A DNA stretch of 32,000 nucleotides from Nonlabens ponticola (GTDB taxonomy: Bacteria; Bacteroidota; Bacteroidia; Flavobacteriales; Flavobacteriaceae): the NCBI RefSeq assembly GCF_003966335.1, contig NZ_CP034549.1:570001-602000 (forward strand), in the 5' to 3' direction. Positions 22,995 to 32,000 of the stretch are shown here, in pieces (the stretch's first letter is position 1; every line of letters begins with the position of its first letter). The position numbers and the translations under genes were made by a program. The notes under the pieces are model-generated. The model ran no database searches and was not told where the DNA came from. It saw only the letters and a program-made list of their open reading frames with translations.

Positions 22995-25412
22995 CTAGAA
23001 TCCTGAGGTGCGCGTTCCTGTGCGTTCCTGATCTTCTGGAGTTGCCACATCGCGATTAGAAAGCCTGAAGTTTCCAAATTTATAGGTAAAGCCTAGTGCA
23101 ATGGTATTGGTTTCTGGTAAGGCTAGGAACCTGTTGTCCTGATTAAGGTATCTAGAAACTAGCGGCTGGTTCTGGCTCAAGAACAAGTCGTTGAAGTTGA
23201 GTGTTACTGCAGCACGGTTATTCCACAATGATTTGTAGAAACCTACACTCGTTGTCAATTGATCTTTGAACTCATAAGAGCCGCTCAAATAATTTGTCAA
23301 GTAACCAGCTTGCACATCGACACTAAAGGTGCGATCCTTACTCAAGGTAATGCGATTGAAGATGTTGAGGTAAAAACCAGTTACATCCAACTGCTGCTTG
23401 ACGCCACCAGATTGTACTGCGGTAAATTCGTTCTCCATATAAAACAAGCTAGACTGCGCCTGTAAAAACCAGGATTGATTTAAGTATTGGATGGTGGTAA
23501 AGTCCAGACTGTACTGCAACTCATAATCCAGGTTTGCATTTTGTGAATTGAGCGTAAAATTGTCGTTGTTTTGAAAAGGTAATATGGCTAACGCATCGTT
23601 TGTCCTTGTGTAATACAGGTCAAAAATATACTGTCCTTTATGCGTCCAGTTGAGGTTTACCTTATTGGTAAAGGCTGGCTGCAGGTTAGGATTACCTGTA
23701 TTGACATTGTTGTCGTTTATAAAGTAAGAGAATGGATTTAAACTCTCGTATCGCGGTCGTTCAATAGACCTCTTATAACTTAAGGTAAAGAGGTTGTTTT
23801 GATCTGTTTGTTTAGTCAATGATACGTTAGGGAATAGCTCAAAATATTCTTGAGTATTGACTTGTCCTAGAGAGCGGCTATCTCCTTCTACATCGGTTTG
23901 TTCTGCACGTAATCCTAGAGATAGCGCCCAGTTTTCCCAGTCGCGATCTAATTGCAAATATGCGGCATAGATATTTTCATCATAGATGAAGCGGTCAGAC
24001 AACTGGTCTCTAAATTCTCCAGAACCACCATTTGTATCAAAAAACAACAGTTCACTTGTAGAATTAACATCAGAATATTTAAGACCAGCGCCTACCACAT
24101 AGGCGCCAAATGTATTGCTAAAGTCTAGCTTACCCGTGCCGATATTGATATCCTGCAATGCATCTGTAAAGAAGCTATTAGTTCCCGTAGTATCTCCATT
24201 TTCATCAAAAAATCTACTGGATAGATCCTGAGTCTGGTCGCGGTCTGTGAAGATGTAATTTGCCTCTAGAGACAAGGTACCGCTACCTTCATTGAAGGTA
24301 TTGAGCCATCCAATGTTTGCAAAACCATTATTTCTATTTCTTGTAAGATCAGAGTCTGTATTGAAACCGTCAAATGTAAATGAGCCAGAAGGTAGTATAA
24401 AGGTCTCCACATCAGTATCGATGTCTTGATTTTGATTTACCGTAAGATTTGCGTTGATGCTCAAGGAATTGTTCTCGTTTAGAGTAAAATCTAGTAATGT
24501 GTTAAAGTTATGAGCATCGCTCACAGTTTCTTTCTCAAAATCTGTAAACCATCGTGAGTTGCGTGATCCATTATCGTTGAAAAAGCCTATTTGGGACTCA
24601 TCTAGTTTAAAATCCTTTCGCGGATTGTAGTTGTAGTTAAAGTAAACGTTGATCCAATTATTCTTATAGAATTGAGAGGTTCCTATCTGGTATTTGGCAA
24701 AGCGATCAATTGTGTATTCTCCATTGATTGATCCTTTATAACCTAGCGAGATACCTTTGCTAGTGTTTATATTGATCACCGCGGCACCTTCTGCATCATA
24801 GCGTGCTGGTGGATTTGTAATTACCTCGACGCTTTTGATATTATCGGCGCTGTAACCAGTCAATAGCTGGTTGAGCTCATCGCTCGTCAAATAAACACGC
24901 TTGTTATTAATGTAGATAACTGCTGGTGAATTTTGCACCATGTAACTTCCATTCATCTCAAAAATCCCAGGTGTTTGTTTTAGGATGTCCTGCGTGTTCC
25001 CGATACTTAAAGAACTGTTCTCTACATTAAATATGAATCGATCTGGACGCTTTTCTATAGTAGGTCTGCGCGCGGTAACGGTTACGCCTTCTAGCTGCTC
25101 TGTATTTTCCTGTAAAATTAAATCTGTGATGTTGAGATCTTTGTCGATAGTTAGCTTTCGCGAAAGCGGAATCATTCCAACAAAACTGCTCACCAGAGTG
25201 TACTCACCAGTATCAATGACGTTGATTTCAAATCGCCCTGCATCATCTGTTATCGTGGCCTTATAAAAAGTGCTGTCAGGCATTTTATATAGCAATACAT
25301 TGGCATAGGGAAAGGCATTTTGATCGCTATCTTTTACCGTGCCTGTAAGTTCATGTTGTGCAGTGGCACTAATGCATAGTAAACCGAGTAGTAGAGAGTA
25401 AAATAATTTCAT
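22995..25412 (-). CDS. TonB-dependent-receptor-like outer-membrane beta-barrel protein with N-terminal carboxypeptidase-regulatory-like domain
   Basis: 805 aa. Signal peptide, CarbopepD_reg-like N-domain (LTGTVKDSDQNAFPYANVLLY), plug-like segment, long Asn/Tyr/Phe-rich alternating beta-strand region, and an aromatic C-terminus (...GF). Confidence 0.8.
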   Translation of the reverse strand: MKLFYSLLLGLLCISATAQHELTGTVKDSDQNAFPYANVLLYKMPDSTFYKATITDDAGRFEINVIDTGEYTLVSSFVGMIPLSRKLTIDKDLNITDLILQENTEQLEGVTVTARRPTIEKRPDRFIFNVENSSLSIGNTQDILKQTPGIFEMNGSYMVQNSPAVIYINNKRVYLTSDELNQLLTGYSADNIKSVEVITNPPARYDAEGAAVININTSKGISLGYKGSINGEYTIDRFAKYQIGTSQFYKNNWINVYFNYNYNPRKDFKLDESQIGFFNDNGSRNSRWFTDFEKETVSDAHNFNTLLDFTLNENNSLSINANLTVNQNQDIDTDVETFILPSGSFTFDGFNTDSDLTRNRNNGFANIGWLNTFNEGSGTLSLEANYIFTDRDQTQDLSSRFFDENGDTTGTNSFFTDALQDINIGTGKLDFSNTFGAYVVGAGLKYSDVNSTSELLFFDTNGGSGEFRDQLSDRFIYDENIYAAYLQLDRDWENWALSLGLRAEQTDVEGDSRSLGQVNTQEYFELFPNVSLTKQTDQNNLFTLSYKRSIERPRYESLNPFSYFINDNNVNTGNPNLQPAFTNKVNLNWTHKGQYIFDLYYTRTNDALAILPFQNNDNFTLNSQNANLDYELQYSLDFTTIQYLNQSWFLQAQSSLFYMENEFTAVQSGGVKQQLDVTGFYLNIFNRITLSKDRTFSVDVQAGYLTNYLSGSYEFKDQLTTSVGFYKSLWNNRAAVTLNFNDLFLSQNQPLVSRYLNQDNRFLALPETNTIALGFTYKFGNFRLSNRDVATPEDQERTGTRTSGF
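25154..25167. repeat. iterated palindrome copy 8 (GCTTTCGCGAAAGC), inside the beta-barrel gene
   Basis: Perfect 14-nt palindrome, read as L-S-R-K (IPLSRKLT). Confidence 0.95.
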
Positions 25413-25465
25413 ACAGCCGCTAAATTAAGCAATGTAAGCACTTTAACTCGCGGTTGTAATTAGAT

Positions 25466-25473
25466 TATATTTG
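25466..25473 (+). promoter_or_regulatory. -7 promoter box TATATTTG for lepA
   Basis: Exact TAnnTTTG match 17 nt upstream of the lepA ATG. Confidence 0.45.
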
Positions 25474-25490
25474 TACCCGATTAAGATTCT

Positions 25491-27290
25491 ATGAAAAACA
25501 TACGCAACTTTTGTATCATCGCTCACATTGACCACGGTAAAAGCACGCTGGCAGACAGGCTGCTAGATGCCACACAAACCGTGACAAAACGTGAGTCCAA
25601 GGCACAATTGCTAGACAACATGGACCTAGAGCGCGAGCGTGGTATCACGATCAAATCGCATGCGATCCAGATGGACTATGTTGCGCCAGATGGTGAGAAG
25701 TATATATTGAACTTAATCGATACACCAGGTCACGTAGATTTCTCTTATGAAGTCTCGAGATCTATTGCGGCTTGTGAAGGCGCGTTGCTCATAGTGGATG
25801 CGGCACAAAGTATCCAGGCGCAAACTATTTCAAACCTTTACCTAGCACTGGAAAATGATCTTGAGATCATACCAGTACTCAACAAAGTAGATTTACCTAG
25901 TGCAAATGTTGAAGAAGTAACTGATGATATCGTTGACCTGTTAGGCTGTGATCCTAGTGAGGTAATTCCTGCCAGTGCTAAAACTGGTTTAGGAATTCAG
26001 GATATTCTAGACGCGATTATCGAGCGTGTACCTGCGCCTAAGGGTAATCCAGACGAGCCATTGCAGGCACTGGTTTTTGACTCGCAGTACAACCAGTTCC
26101 GTGGTGTGGAGACGATTTTTAGGGTGATCAATGGCTCTATTAAGAAAGGGCAGCATATCAAATTTGTCGCTACTGGTGAGAGTTATTATGCAGATGAGAT
26201 AGGAACGTTGAAGCTTAATCAAGTTCCCAAAAAAGAAATTACTGCTGGCGATGTAGGATACCTTATTACAGGTATCAAAGAGGCCAAAGAGGTAAAAGTA
26301 GGTGACACGATCACAGATCATGAAAACCCAACTACCAATCCCATTGAAGGTTTTGAAGATGTGAAACCTATGGTTTTTGCAGGAATATATCCTGTAGATA
26401 CTGAGGATTATGAGGACCTGCGATCCAGTATGGAAAAATTACAGCTCAATGATGCATCGCTGGTTTTTCAAGCAGAAAGTAGTGCGGCGCTGGGATTTGG
26501 TTTCCGTTGTGGATTCCTAGGCATGTTGCACCTTGAAATTATCCAAGAAAGACTGGAGCGTGAGTTTGACATGACGGTCATCACTACCGTACCTAACGTG
26601 TCCTATCATGCATTCACAAATAAAAATCCAGATGAGATTATTATTGTCAATAATCCATCTGACATGCCAGAGCCGTCAACGCTCAATAGGGTAGAAGAGC
26701 CTTACATCAAGGCCACAATCATTACAAAGTCTGACTTTGTAGGTAATGTAATGTCCCTATGTATCGAGAAGCGTGGTATCGTGACTAATCAAACTTACTT
26801 GACTACAGAGCGTGTTGAGTTGACCTTCGACATGCCATTGGCCGAAATTGTTTTTGACTTCTATGATAGATTGAAAACGGTTTCTAAAGGTTACGCTTCA
26901 TTTGACTATGCACCAATTGGAATGCGCGCGTCAAAACTGGTACGTGTTGATATTCTTTTAAATGCGCAAACGGTAGATGCCTTGAGTGCCTTGATACACT
27001 TTGACAATGCTTATACCATAGGTAAGAAAATGGTAGAAAAGCTGCGCGAGTTGATACCACGCCAGCAGTTTGATATTCCTGTACAAGCAGCCATCGGTGC
27101 AAAGATTATTGCTCGTGAAACGATCAAGGCCTTGCGTAAAGACGTTACAGCAAAATGTTACGGTGGTGATATTTCCCGTAAACGTAAGCTCCTAGAAAAG
27201 CAGAAGAAAGGTAAGAAGCGCATGCGCCAGGTAGGTAATGTCGAGATACCGCAGCAGGCATTTATGGCCGTGTTGAAGTTGAACGATTAA
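25491..27290 (+). CDS. lepA: translation elongation factor 4
   Basis: 599 aa. GTPase motifs ([21 protein letters not shown]) and the LepA-specific C-terminal region ([24 protein letters not shown]). Confidence 0.97.
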   Translation: MKNIRNFCIIAHIDHGKSTLADRLLDATQTVTKRESKAQLLDNMDLERERGITIKSHAIQMDYVAPDGEKYILNLIDTPGHVDFSYEVSRSIAACEGALLIVDAAQSIQAQTISNLYLALENDLEIIPVLNKVDLPSANVEEVTDDIVDLLGCDPSEVIPASAKTGLGIQDILDAIIERVPAPKGNPDEPLQALVFDSQYNQFRGVETIFRVINGSIKKGQHIKFVATGESYYADEIGTLKLNQVPKKEITAGDVGYLITGIKEAKEVKVGDTITDHENPTTNPIEGFEDVKPMVFAGIYPVDTEDYEDLRSSMEKLQLNDASLVFQAESSAALGFGFRCGFLGMLHLEIIQERLEREFDMTVITTVPNVSYHAFTNKNPDEIIIVNNPSDMPEPSTLNRVEEPYIKATIITKSDFVGNVMSLCIEKRGIVTNQTYLTTERVELTFDMPLAEIVFDFYDRLKTVSKGYASFDYAPIGMRASKLVRVDILLNAQTVDALSALIHFDNAYTIGKKMVEKLRELIPRQQFDIPVQAAIGAKIIARETIKALRKDVTAKCYGGDISRKRKLLEKQKKGKKRMRQVGNVEIPQQAFMAVLKLND

Positions 27291-27310
27291 CGAGAAAAGT
27301 CTTTAAATGT

Positions 27311-27346
27311 AAAAACGTCCTTATCATATCGATAAGGACGTTTTTA
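27311..27346. terminator. bidirectional Rho-independent terminator
   Basis: Perfect 11-bp stem ACGTCCTTATC/GATAAGGACGT with a 5-nt loop, flanked by AAAA and TTTTT. It lies between convergent lepA and the antiporter gene. Confidence 0.85.
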
Positions 27347-27374
27347 TTTGAAGTTCCAAAATTTAGTGAAGAAC

Positions 27375-29228
27375 TTACTCAACATCTTCCATGACCACTT
27401 CACCACTTGCTTGCTCTACGATCTTTTTACCCATGTAAACCAGCATGTCGCCTTCTTCAACCTCTTGGTCAATCGCGTTTGACGGAATTAAATCAATCTG
27501 CTTGCCACTTCTTATAAACAATGGGACTATATCAGCATCAGTTTTGGTGATTTCAATCAACCCTTGAAAGTGCTGTTTTGAAGTAAGTTCTATCTCATGA
27601 ATATCGCCGTGGTGACGCGCTACTTCCATCAGGTTTACATAGTCGTCTGTAGCAGAGAACAATCCTGACTCTGGATTTTGATTGGGATTGCTTATTTCAC
27701 TACTGTGTACAATTCTAAAGGCGCCATTTTCTCCATACATTTTTCCAAAACGATCTATCGCATAATCATTGATTTGCGAGTTACCTGTCATAGCTAGTAA
27801 AAAGCCAATGTTGTTGAATTCAATGTCATCAGTCAGCGCATCGCTGTAGATATCGGCAACTTTAGCATCTAGTCCTTGTTCTTTAGCAACACGTATATTG
27901 TTTTTATTCGTGTCAATAAGAACGACGCTACGCCCGTGATCCTTTAAATATTTGCCTACTAGGCGAGAGAATTTTGAGGCGCCTACAATCATGATGCCTT
28001 CACTTTGTTTGAGGAATACGCCAACTATTTTAGCAAACATTCTTGCGGTAGTGGCATTAAGTAATACGGTTCCTGCAACAATCATGAACACAAGTGGCGT
28101 TATATATTCTGCACCTTCAATACCTTGATTGACCAGCTTCGTACCAAAAAGAGAAGCAATACCGGCAGCAACAATACCGCGAGGTCCAACCCATGAGATG
28201 AATAGTTTCTCATTGAGCTGCAATCCACTTTTATAAGAACTGGCAAAAACACCCAGCGGCCTTAAGATAAAGACCACAATAGCAAACAATGCAGCCGTTT
28301 TCCAACTGTAGATCAAGTAGAGATCTTCCATATTGATATTAGCAGCTAGTAGTATAAATAGAATCGAGATCAACAAAACACTTAAGGATTCTTTGAAATA
28401 AAGAAGATCCTTGATATTAGGCAGGTTGATATTTCCTAGAACCATTCCCATGACTACCACGGCAAGCAGTCCAGATTCATGAGCAAAAACATCACTTAAC
28501 ACAAAAACGCCAAGTACTGCAGCCAGTGTAAATACATTCAATAAATAATGCGGTATGATCTTACGCTTGATAGCAAATGCCAGTGCGTGTGCAAACGAGA
28601 ATCCAAAAGTAAACCCGAACAATACAATCTTTCCAAACTCCTCTAGCGCCACTAATGTAAACTCACCACCAGCACCAGCGCTAATAAATTCAAAAACTAG
28701 TACGGCAAATAAAGCACCAATTGGATCAATCAGGATGCCTTCCCATTTAAGTATGGAGCTCACATCCTTTTTAAGCGGGATATTCCGAAGGATAGGTGTG
28801 ATTACAGTAGGTCCAGTCACGATAATAAGTGCAGAAAAAAGCAGTGCAATCTTCCAGGTAAAGTCAAAAATGTAGTGCGCAGCAATACCACCACCAATAA
28901 AGGTAATAATCACAGCAACTGATATAAGCTTACCAATTACAGGACCTGTATTGAGGATCTCAATACGTTTCAACGTCAATCCACCTTCAAAAAGAATCAC
29001 ACTTATCGCTAGTGAGACAAAATAGAATAAGCTATCGTCAGGAAACAGGCCTTTCTCACCATTATAAATAGGCTGAATCAACTTAGTGGCATCTTCAGTA
29101 TATAAAGTTGCAAGTGGTCCAACTAGTAAGCCTATAAGTATCAACGGTAAAATGGCTGGTATCTTGAAGCGCCACGCCATCCATTGAGCTAGTATTCCTA
29201 AAATTATAATTCCTGCTAGTTCAAGCAT
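27375..29228 (-). CDS. cation:proton antiporter (Na+/H+ exchanger family) with C-terminal RCK (TrkA-N/TrkA-C) domains
   Basis: 617 aa. About 400 aa of polytopic exchanger domain, then a Rossmann-type segment (IMIVGASKFSRLVGKYLKDHGRSVVLID) and a TrkA-C-like end. Confidence 0.85.
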   Translation of the reverse strand: MLELAGIIILGILAQWMAWRFKIPAILPLILIGLLVGPLATLYTEDATKLIQPIYNGEKGLFPDDSLFYFVSLAISVILFEGGLTLKRIEILNTGPVIGKLISVAVIITFIGGGIAAHYIFDFTWKIALLFSALIIVTGPTVITPILRNIPLKKDVSSILKWEGILIDPIGALFAVLVFEFISAGAGGEFTLVALEEFGKIVLFGFTFGFSFAHALAFAIKRKIIPHYLLNVFTLAAVLGVFVLSDVFAHESGLLAVVVMGMVLGNINLPNIKDLLYFKESLSVLLISILFILLAANINMEDLYLIYSWKTAALFAIVVFILRPLGVFASSYKSGLQLNEKLFISWVGPRGIVAAGIASLFGTKLVNQGIEGAEYITPLVFMIVAGTVLLNATTARMFAKIVGVFLKQSEGIMIVGASKFSRLVGKYLKDHGRSVVLIDTNKNNIRVAKEQGLDAKVADIYSDALTDDIEFNNIGFLLAMTGNSQINDYAIDRFGKMYGENGAFRIVHSSEISNPNQNPESGLFSATDDYVNLMEVARHHGDIHEIELTSKQHFQGLIEITKTDADIVPLFIRSGKQIDLIPSNAIDQEVEEGDMLVYMGKKIVEQASGEVVMEDVE

Positions 29229-29264
29229 TTAAGTATGTATTTAGATTGAAAATTACAACTTTCT

Positions 29265-30188
29265 ATGAAGCTGTTGGTGATTACGCTTTCGCGAAAGCGC
29301 AATAAACACACATTAAACCATATATTTAGCCCTTTAACAAAATTTTTAGTGCACCATAACCCTTACCAGACGCTAGGAATAGGCGTCGCTTTCTCACCTA
29401 ATTTACAGGCCAATTTGAGTGAGGCAACACGCCTCGCAAAAATGCTTGAAACCCGATTGATATTGATTCATGTAGGTGAACAAAACCACGATAAGGAGAA
29501 ACAAATCAAGGAATTATTGCCAGCTGATTCTAATGACTATCAATTGGTTTTTAAACCTGGTAATCCGGTTGAATCAATAGTAGCTGCGGTAGATGAGTAT
29601 GATATCGACTTGCTTATTCTGGGTGCAGTAAAAGAGGAAAAGTTCGTTAGGTATTATCTAGGCTCTATTGCCCGTAAAATTACACGCAAGGCTTCCTGCA
29701 GCGTTTTACTACTTACAAATCCAAGTGTAGAGCGATTTGCCTGTGCGCATATTGTAGTCAATGGTTTAGAAGATGAGCATACGGCACAGACAATTCAAAC
29801 GGCTTTTCATGTTGCTCACAAATTAAAAACACCGCGCATCACTATTGTAGAAGAGATAAATAAAGAACGGGTCAATATCAAGATTGATGACGATCAAAGT
29901 TTGCAGCGAGCTAATGAGCTCAAGGATAAACTGCGCCGCGAGGAAGATGAGCGTGTTCAAAAAATTCTTGAAACCATACCACAGGCTAATCGTGAAGGGA
30001 TCAAGGTCGCGACACAACCTATTTTTGGCACACGTGGTTACTCCATAGGTCACTATGCTCAAATTAAAAGAGCAGATTTGCTGGTGATGAACGCGCCTAA
30101 AAGATCTAAAGCAATCGATCGCATGTTCCCACACGATATGGAGTACATACTCAATGAACTACCTACTGATGTCCTGATTGTACGATGA
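29265..30188 (+). CDS. universal stress protein, tandem USP domains
   Basis: Two USP-like halves (LGIGVAFSP ... DIDLLILGA ... SVLLL and HIVVNGL ... ADLLVMNA ... DVLIV). The first ~28 codons do not look USP-like, so the true start may be the GTG at 29349. Confidence 0.75.
   Translation: MKLLVITLSRKRNKHTLNHIFSPLTKFLVHHNPYQTLGIGVAFSPNLQANLSEATRLAKMLETRLILIHVGEQNHDKEKQIKELLPADSNDYQLVFKPGNPVESIVAAVDEYDIDLLILGAVKEEKFVRYYLGSIARKITRKASCSVLLLTNPSVERFACAHIVVNGLEDEHTAQTIQTAFHVAHKLKTPRITIVEEINKERVNIKIDDDQSLQRANELKDKLRREEDERVQKILETIPQANREGIKVATQPIFGTRGYSIGHYAQIKRADLLVMNAPKRSKAIDRMFPHDMEYILNELPTDVLIVR
29284..29299. repeat. iterated palindrome copy 9 (CGCTTTCGCGAAAGCG), in the divergent antiporter/USP region
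   Basis: Perfect 16-nt palindrome. The extended dyad ATTACGCTTTCGCGAAAGCGCAAT (29280-29303) pairs at 11 of 12 positions. It is coding (LSRK) only if the USP gene really starts at 29265. Confidence 0.95.
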
Positions 30189-32000
30189 GCGAGAAATTAA
30201 AAAGTAACGACTCATTCTTCAAGAGTCTACCACGCAATATTTTTAGTGGATTTGTGGTAAGTCTTATCGCATTGCCGTTAGGTCTAGGTCTGGCCATGGC
30301 AAGTGAGGCTCCACCTATTGCTGGAGTGATCGCCGCGGTCATTGGTGGATTAGTGGTTTCCATACTAGGTGGTAGTCATGTAACTATCGCTGGCCCAGGT
30401 AACGGCCTAGTAGGTGTTCTTCTTGTGGCGATTGCTACGTTGGGACTTGAGGCTACTTATGCTGCCATCATATGTTCTGGAGTGTTACTTGCCTTATTAG
30501 GATTTTTGAGATTAGGCATACTAGCAGACTTCTTTCCTTCTAGTGCGATAAAAGGAATGCTTGCAGCCATAGGTCTCATAATACTAGGCAAGCAATTTCA
30601 TATCATGTTGGGCAATCGATTGAGTCTTGATGGTAGTATTGAGTATTTAATTGCCATCCCACAAACCATTATTGGTATAGTCAGCTATCAAAATACCGGG
30701 TTGCTGTATGCAGCAGGCGCAGGAATTCTTGCGCTGGCAATCATGGTAATTTATCCTAAGATCCATAATAAATACTTTCACCTTGTTCCTGCACCTATGT
30801 GGATAGTTTTGATTTCCATAGGTTTCAGTTATTGGTATGAGTTAGTTCTTAAAGCACCTAATCCTATTAATGCAGATTATATGCTGTCAGGTATACCATC
30901 AGGTGCTAAAATCATTGAACAATTACCAACGCCTGACTTCAACTTTGTAACAACTACAGGTTTCTGGAGTAGCGTGGTTGCCATTACCTTGATTGCAAGT
31001 ATTGAATCGTTGTTGAGTATCAAAGCAGTCGATCAGCTAGATCCAGAAAAACGTAGATCTAATGTCAATAAAGATCTTAAAGCTTTGGGACTAGCTACTA
31101 TTGGTAGCGGTTTTTTAGGAGGTTTGAATGTCGTGACGGTTATTGCACGCAGTTCTGTCAACGTGAATAATGGTGGTACTAATCGATCTTCAAATTTTGC
31201 TCATGCTTTTTTCTTGGTGATTTTTATCGTGTTGTTCAGCACGCAATTGACACGAATTCCTTTACCAGCTTTAATGGCAATATTGGTTTATACAGGATAT
31301 AAATTGGCGTCACCTATGCGGCTCTTAAAGATTTTTAGGATAGGTAAGGAGCAAGCCGTCATTTTCTTGACTACACTTGCTGTAACCCTGCTGGTAGGAC
31401 TTATATCAGGAATTTTAGCTGGTGTCGCGATGACCTTTATTACACATCTATTTGTGACGCGCAATCCAGAGTTGTTTTTTAAGAACTTGCGAAAACCTAA
31501 CGTGCTGATGTTTAGAGAATCGACCGGTAAACAGCAGTACTATATCAACGTCAAGCACTTTTGCACATTTCTCAACTTTTACAAACTCAAGGAAAAGCTC
31601 AATCAGATTCCTGAAAACGAGATTGTAGTCATTGATTTCTCCTTATGCGATTTTGTGGACCACACCGCTATGAGCAATTTGAGTGACTATCAAGAGGTGT
31701 TTCACAAGCGCGATGGTCATCTAGAAATAATAGGTCTAGATCAACATAATGCAGACACGCAACATCCATTTGCGCTGCGTCATTTATTACCAGGCATTAA
31801 ACTGTTCACAACAAATTTTACTAGAAGGCAAAAGACATTACAGCAAATTGCTGCCGACTATCACCTACAATATGATGCTGGTAGTAAGCGTGATACTTAT
31901 GTGTTAGAAGGTTTTCGCTTTTTTGCTACAAAGCATGTTGAGCATATTTACAACAGGCTTTTTGATAAGGAACATCGCTTTACGGTATTTGACATCGCCT
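30185..32000 (+). CDS. SulP-family anion transporter with STAS domain, 3'-truncated by the window edge
   Basis: Hand translation from an ATG that overlaps the USP stop (ATGA). MSEKLKSNDSFFKSLPRNIFSGFVVSLIALPLGLGLAMASEAPPIAGVIAAVIGG... is SulP-like. A STAS-like segment follows (VVIDFSLCDFVDHTAMSNLSDY). The frame stays open for 605 codons to position 32000. It is missing from the ORF track, presumably because it has no stop in the window. Confidence 0.85.
   Translation, partial: MSEKLKSNDSFFKSLPRNIFSGFVVSLIALPLGLGLAMASEAPPIAGVIAAVIGGLVVSILGGSHVTIAGPGNGLVGVLLVAIATLGLEATYAAIICSGVLLALLGFLRLGILADFFPSSAIKGMLAAIGLIILGKQFHIMLGNRLSLDGSIEYLIAIPQTIIGIVSYQNTGLLYAAGAGILALAIMVIYPKIHNKYFHLVPAPMWIVLISIGFSYWYELVLKAPNPINADYMLSGIPSGAKIIEQLPTPDFNFVTTTGFWSSVVAITLIASIESLLSIKAVDQLDPEKRRSNVNKDLKALGLATIGSGFLGGLNVVTVIARSSVNVNNGGTNRSSNFAHAFFLVIFIVLFSTQLTRIPLPALMAILVYTGYKLASPMRLLKIFRIGKEQAVIFLTTLAVTLLVGLISGILAGVAMTFITHLFVTRNPELFFKNLRKPNVLMFRESTGKQQYYINVKHFCTFLNFYKLKEKLNQIPENEIVVIDFSLCDFVDHTAMSNLSDYQEVFHKRDGHLEIIGLDQHNADTQHPFALRHLLPGIKLFTTNFTRRQKTLQQIAADYHLQYDAGSKRDTYVLEGFRFFATKHVEHIYNRLFDKEHRFTVFDIA

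Noticed and set aside
2277-29299. The CTTTCGCGAAAG copies as linker, adapter or assembly artefacts, or as deliberately inserted foreign DNA
   Set aside because: All coding copies keep the host ORF in frame without an obvious length anomaly. In ArsR the encoded AFAKAL fits the family-typical residues before the DNA-binding helix. The flanks show a graded, imperfect consensus rather than an identical cassette. This still deserves a check against raw reads.
1-32000. Other antisense or nested ORFs of 60-106 aa in the track (for example 36-236, 813-1061, 2428-2610, 7782-8036, 12160-12399, 15442-15696, 17599-17865, 22168-22488, 26007-26321, 28555-28875, 29823-30134, 30163-30363)
   Set aside because: Each lies entirely within, and opposite to or out of frame with, a long ORF that has a recognisable protein-family signature. 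They are typical shadow ORFs.
1-32000. Search for CRISPR arrays, IS elements or transposases, integrases, prophage genes, toxin-antitoxin pairs or known defence genes
   Set aside because: No regularly spaced direct repeats with unique spacers were found, and no ORF resembles a transposase, recombinase, Cas protein, phage structural protein or defence ATPase/nuclease. The window reads as core chromosome. The ars operon is the only accessory-like module.

Overview
This is 32 kb of a low-GC Bacteroidota chromosome that looks Flavobacteriaceae-like. Supporting signs are TAnnTTTG -7 promoter boxes 4-40 nt upstream of many start codons, little or no Shine-Dalgarno signal, and a typical flavobacterial gene set. 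The window holds about 35 tightly packed, mostly housekeeping protein genes. They are: an SPFH protein, a YtxH membrane-protein trio, glnS, folB, a LysE exporter, a DUF2807 protein, rnr with a coupled 55-aa Cys4 mini-protein, rpiB, an ElaA-like GNAT, an arsR-DUF6428-arsC-ACR3 arsenic operon, a double OmpA-domain protein, an S41 protease, rnpA, an M1 aminopeptidase, mce, rbfA, a LolE/FtsX permease, dusB, a TonB-dependent-type beta-barrel, lepA, an RCK-gated cation/H+ antiporter, a tandem USP, and a SulP transporter that runs off the 3' edge. There are also tRNA-Cys(GCA) and tRNA-Met(CAT). I found no transposase, integrase, phage, CRISPR, toxin-antitoxin or recognisable defence genes, so I cannot support a novel multi-gene system here. 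Four things are not explained by the gene map. (1) The self-complementary oligomer CTTTCGCGAAAG occurs nine times, in six or seven ORFs and two or three intergenic regions (one copy depends on the USP start), far above chance. It behaves like a HIP1- or uptake-sequence-type genome-saturating motif, or a dense protein-binding dyad, and is my best candidate for undescribed biology. (2) Two ~117-nt structured repeats in inverted orientation, with compensatory hairpins, bracket tRNA-Met and mce. (3) The tRNA-Met 3' flank is duplicated with a 149-nt period. (4) An 830-bp AT-rich gene-free gap contains a tiny promoter-sORF-terminator unit and weak DnaA-box-like motifs. All product calls come from reading the translated ORFs by eye; no database search was run.
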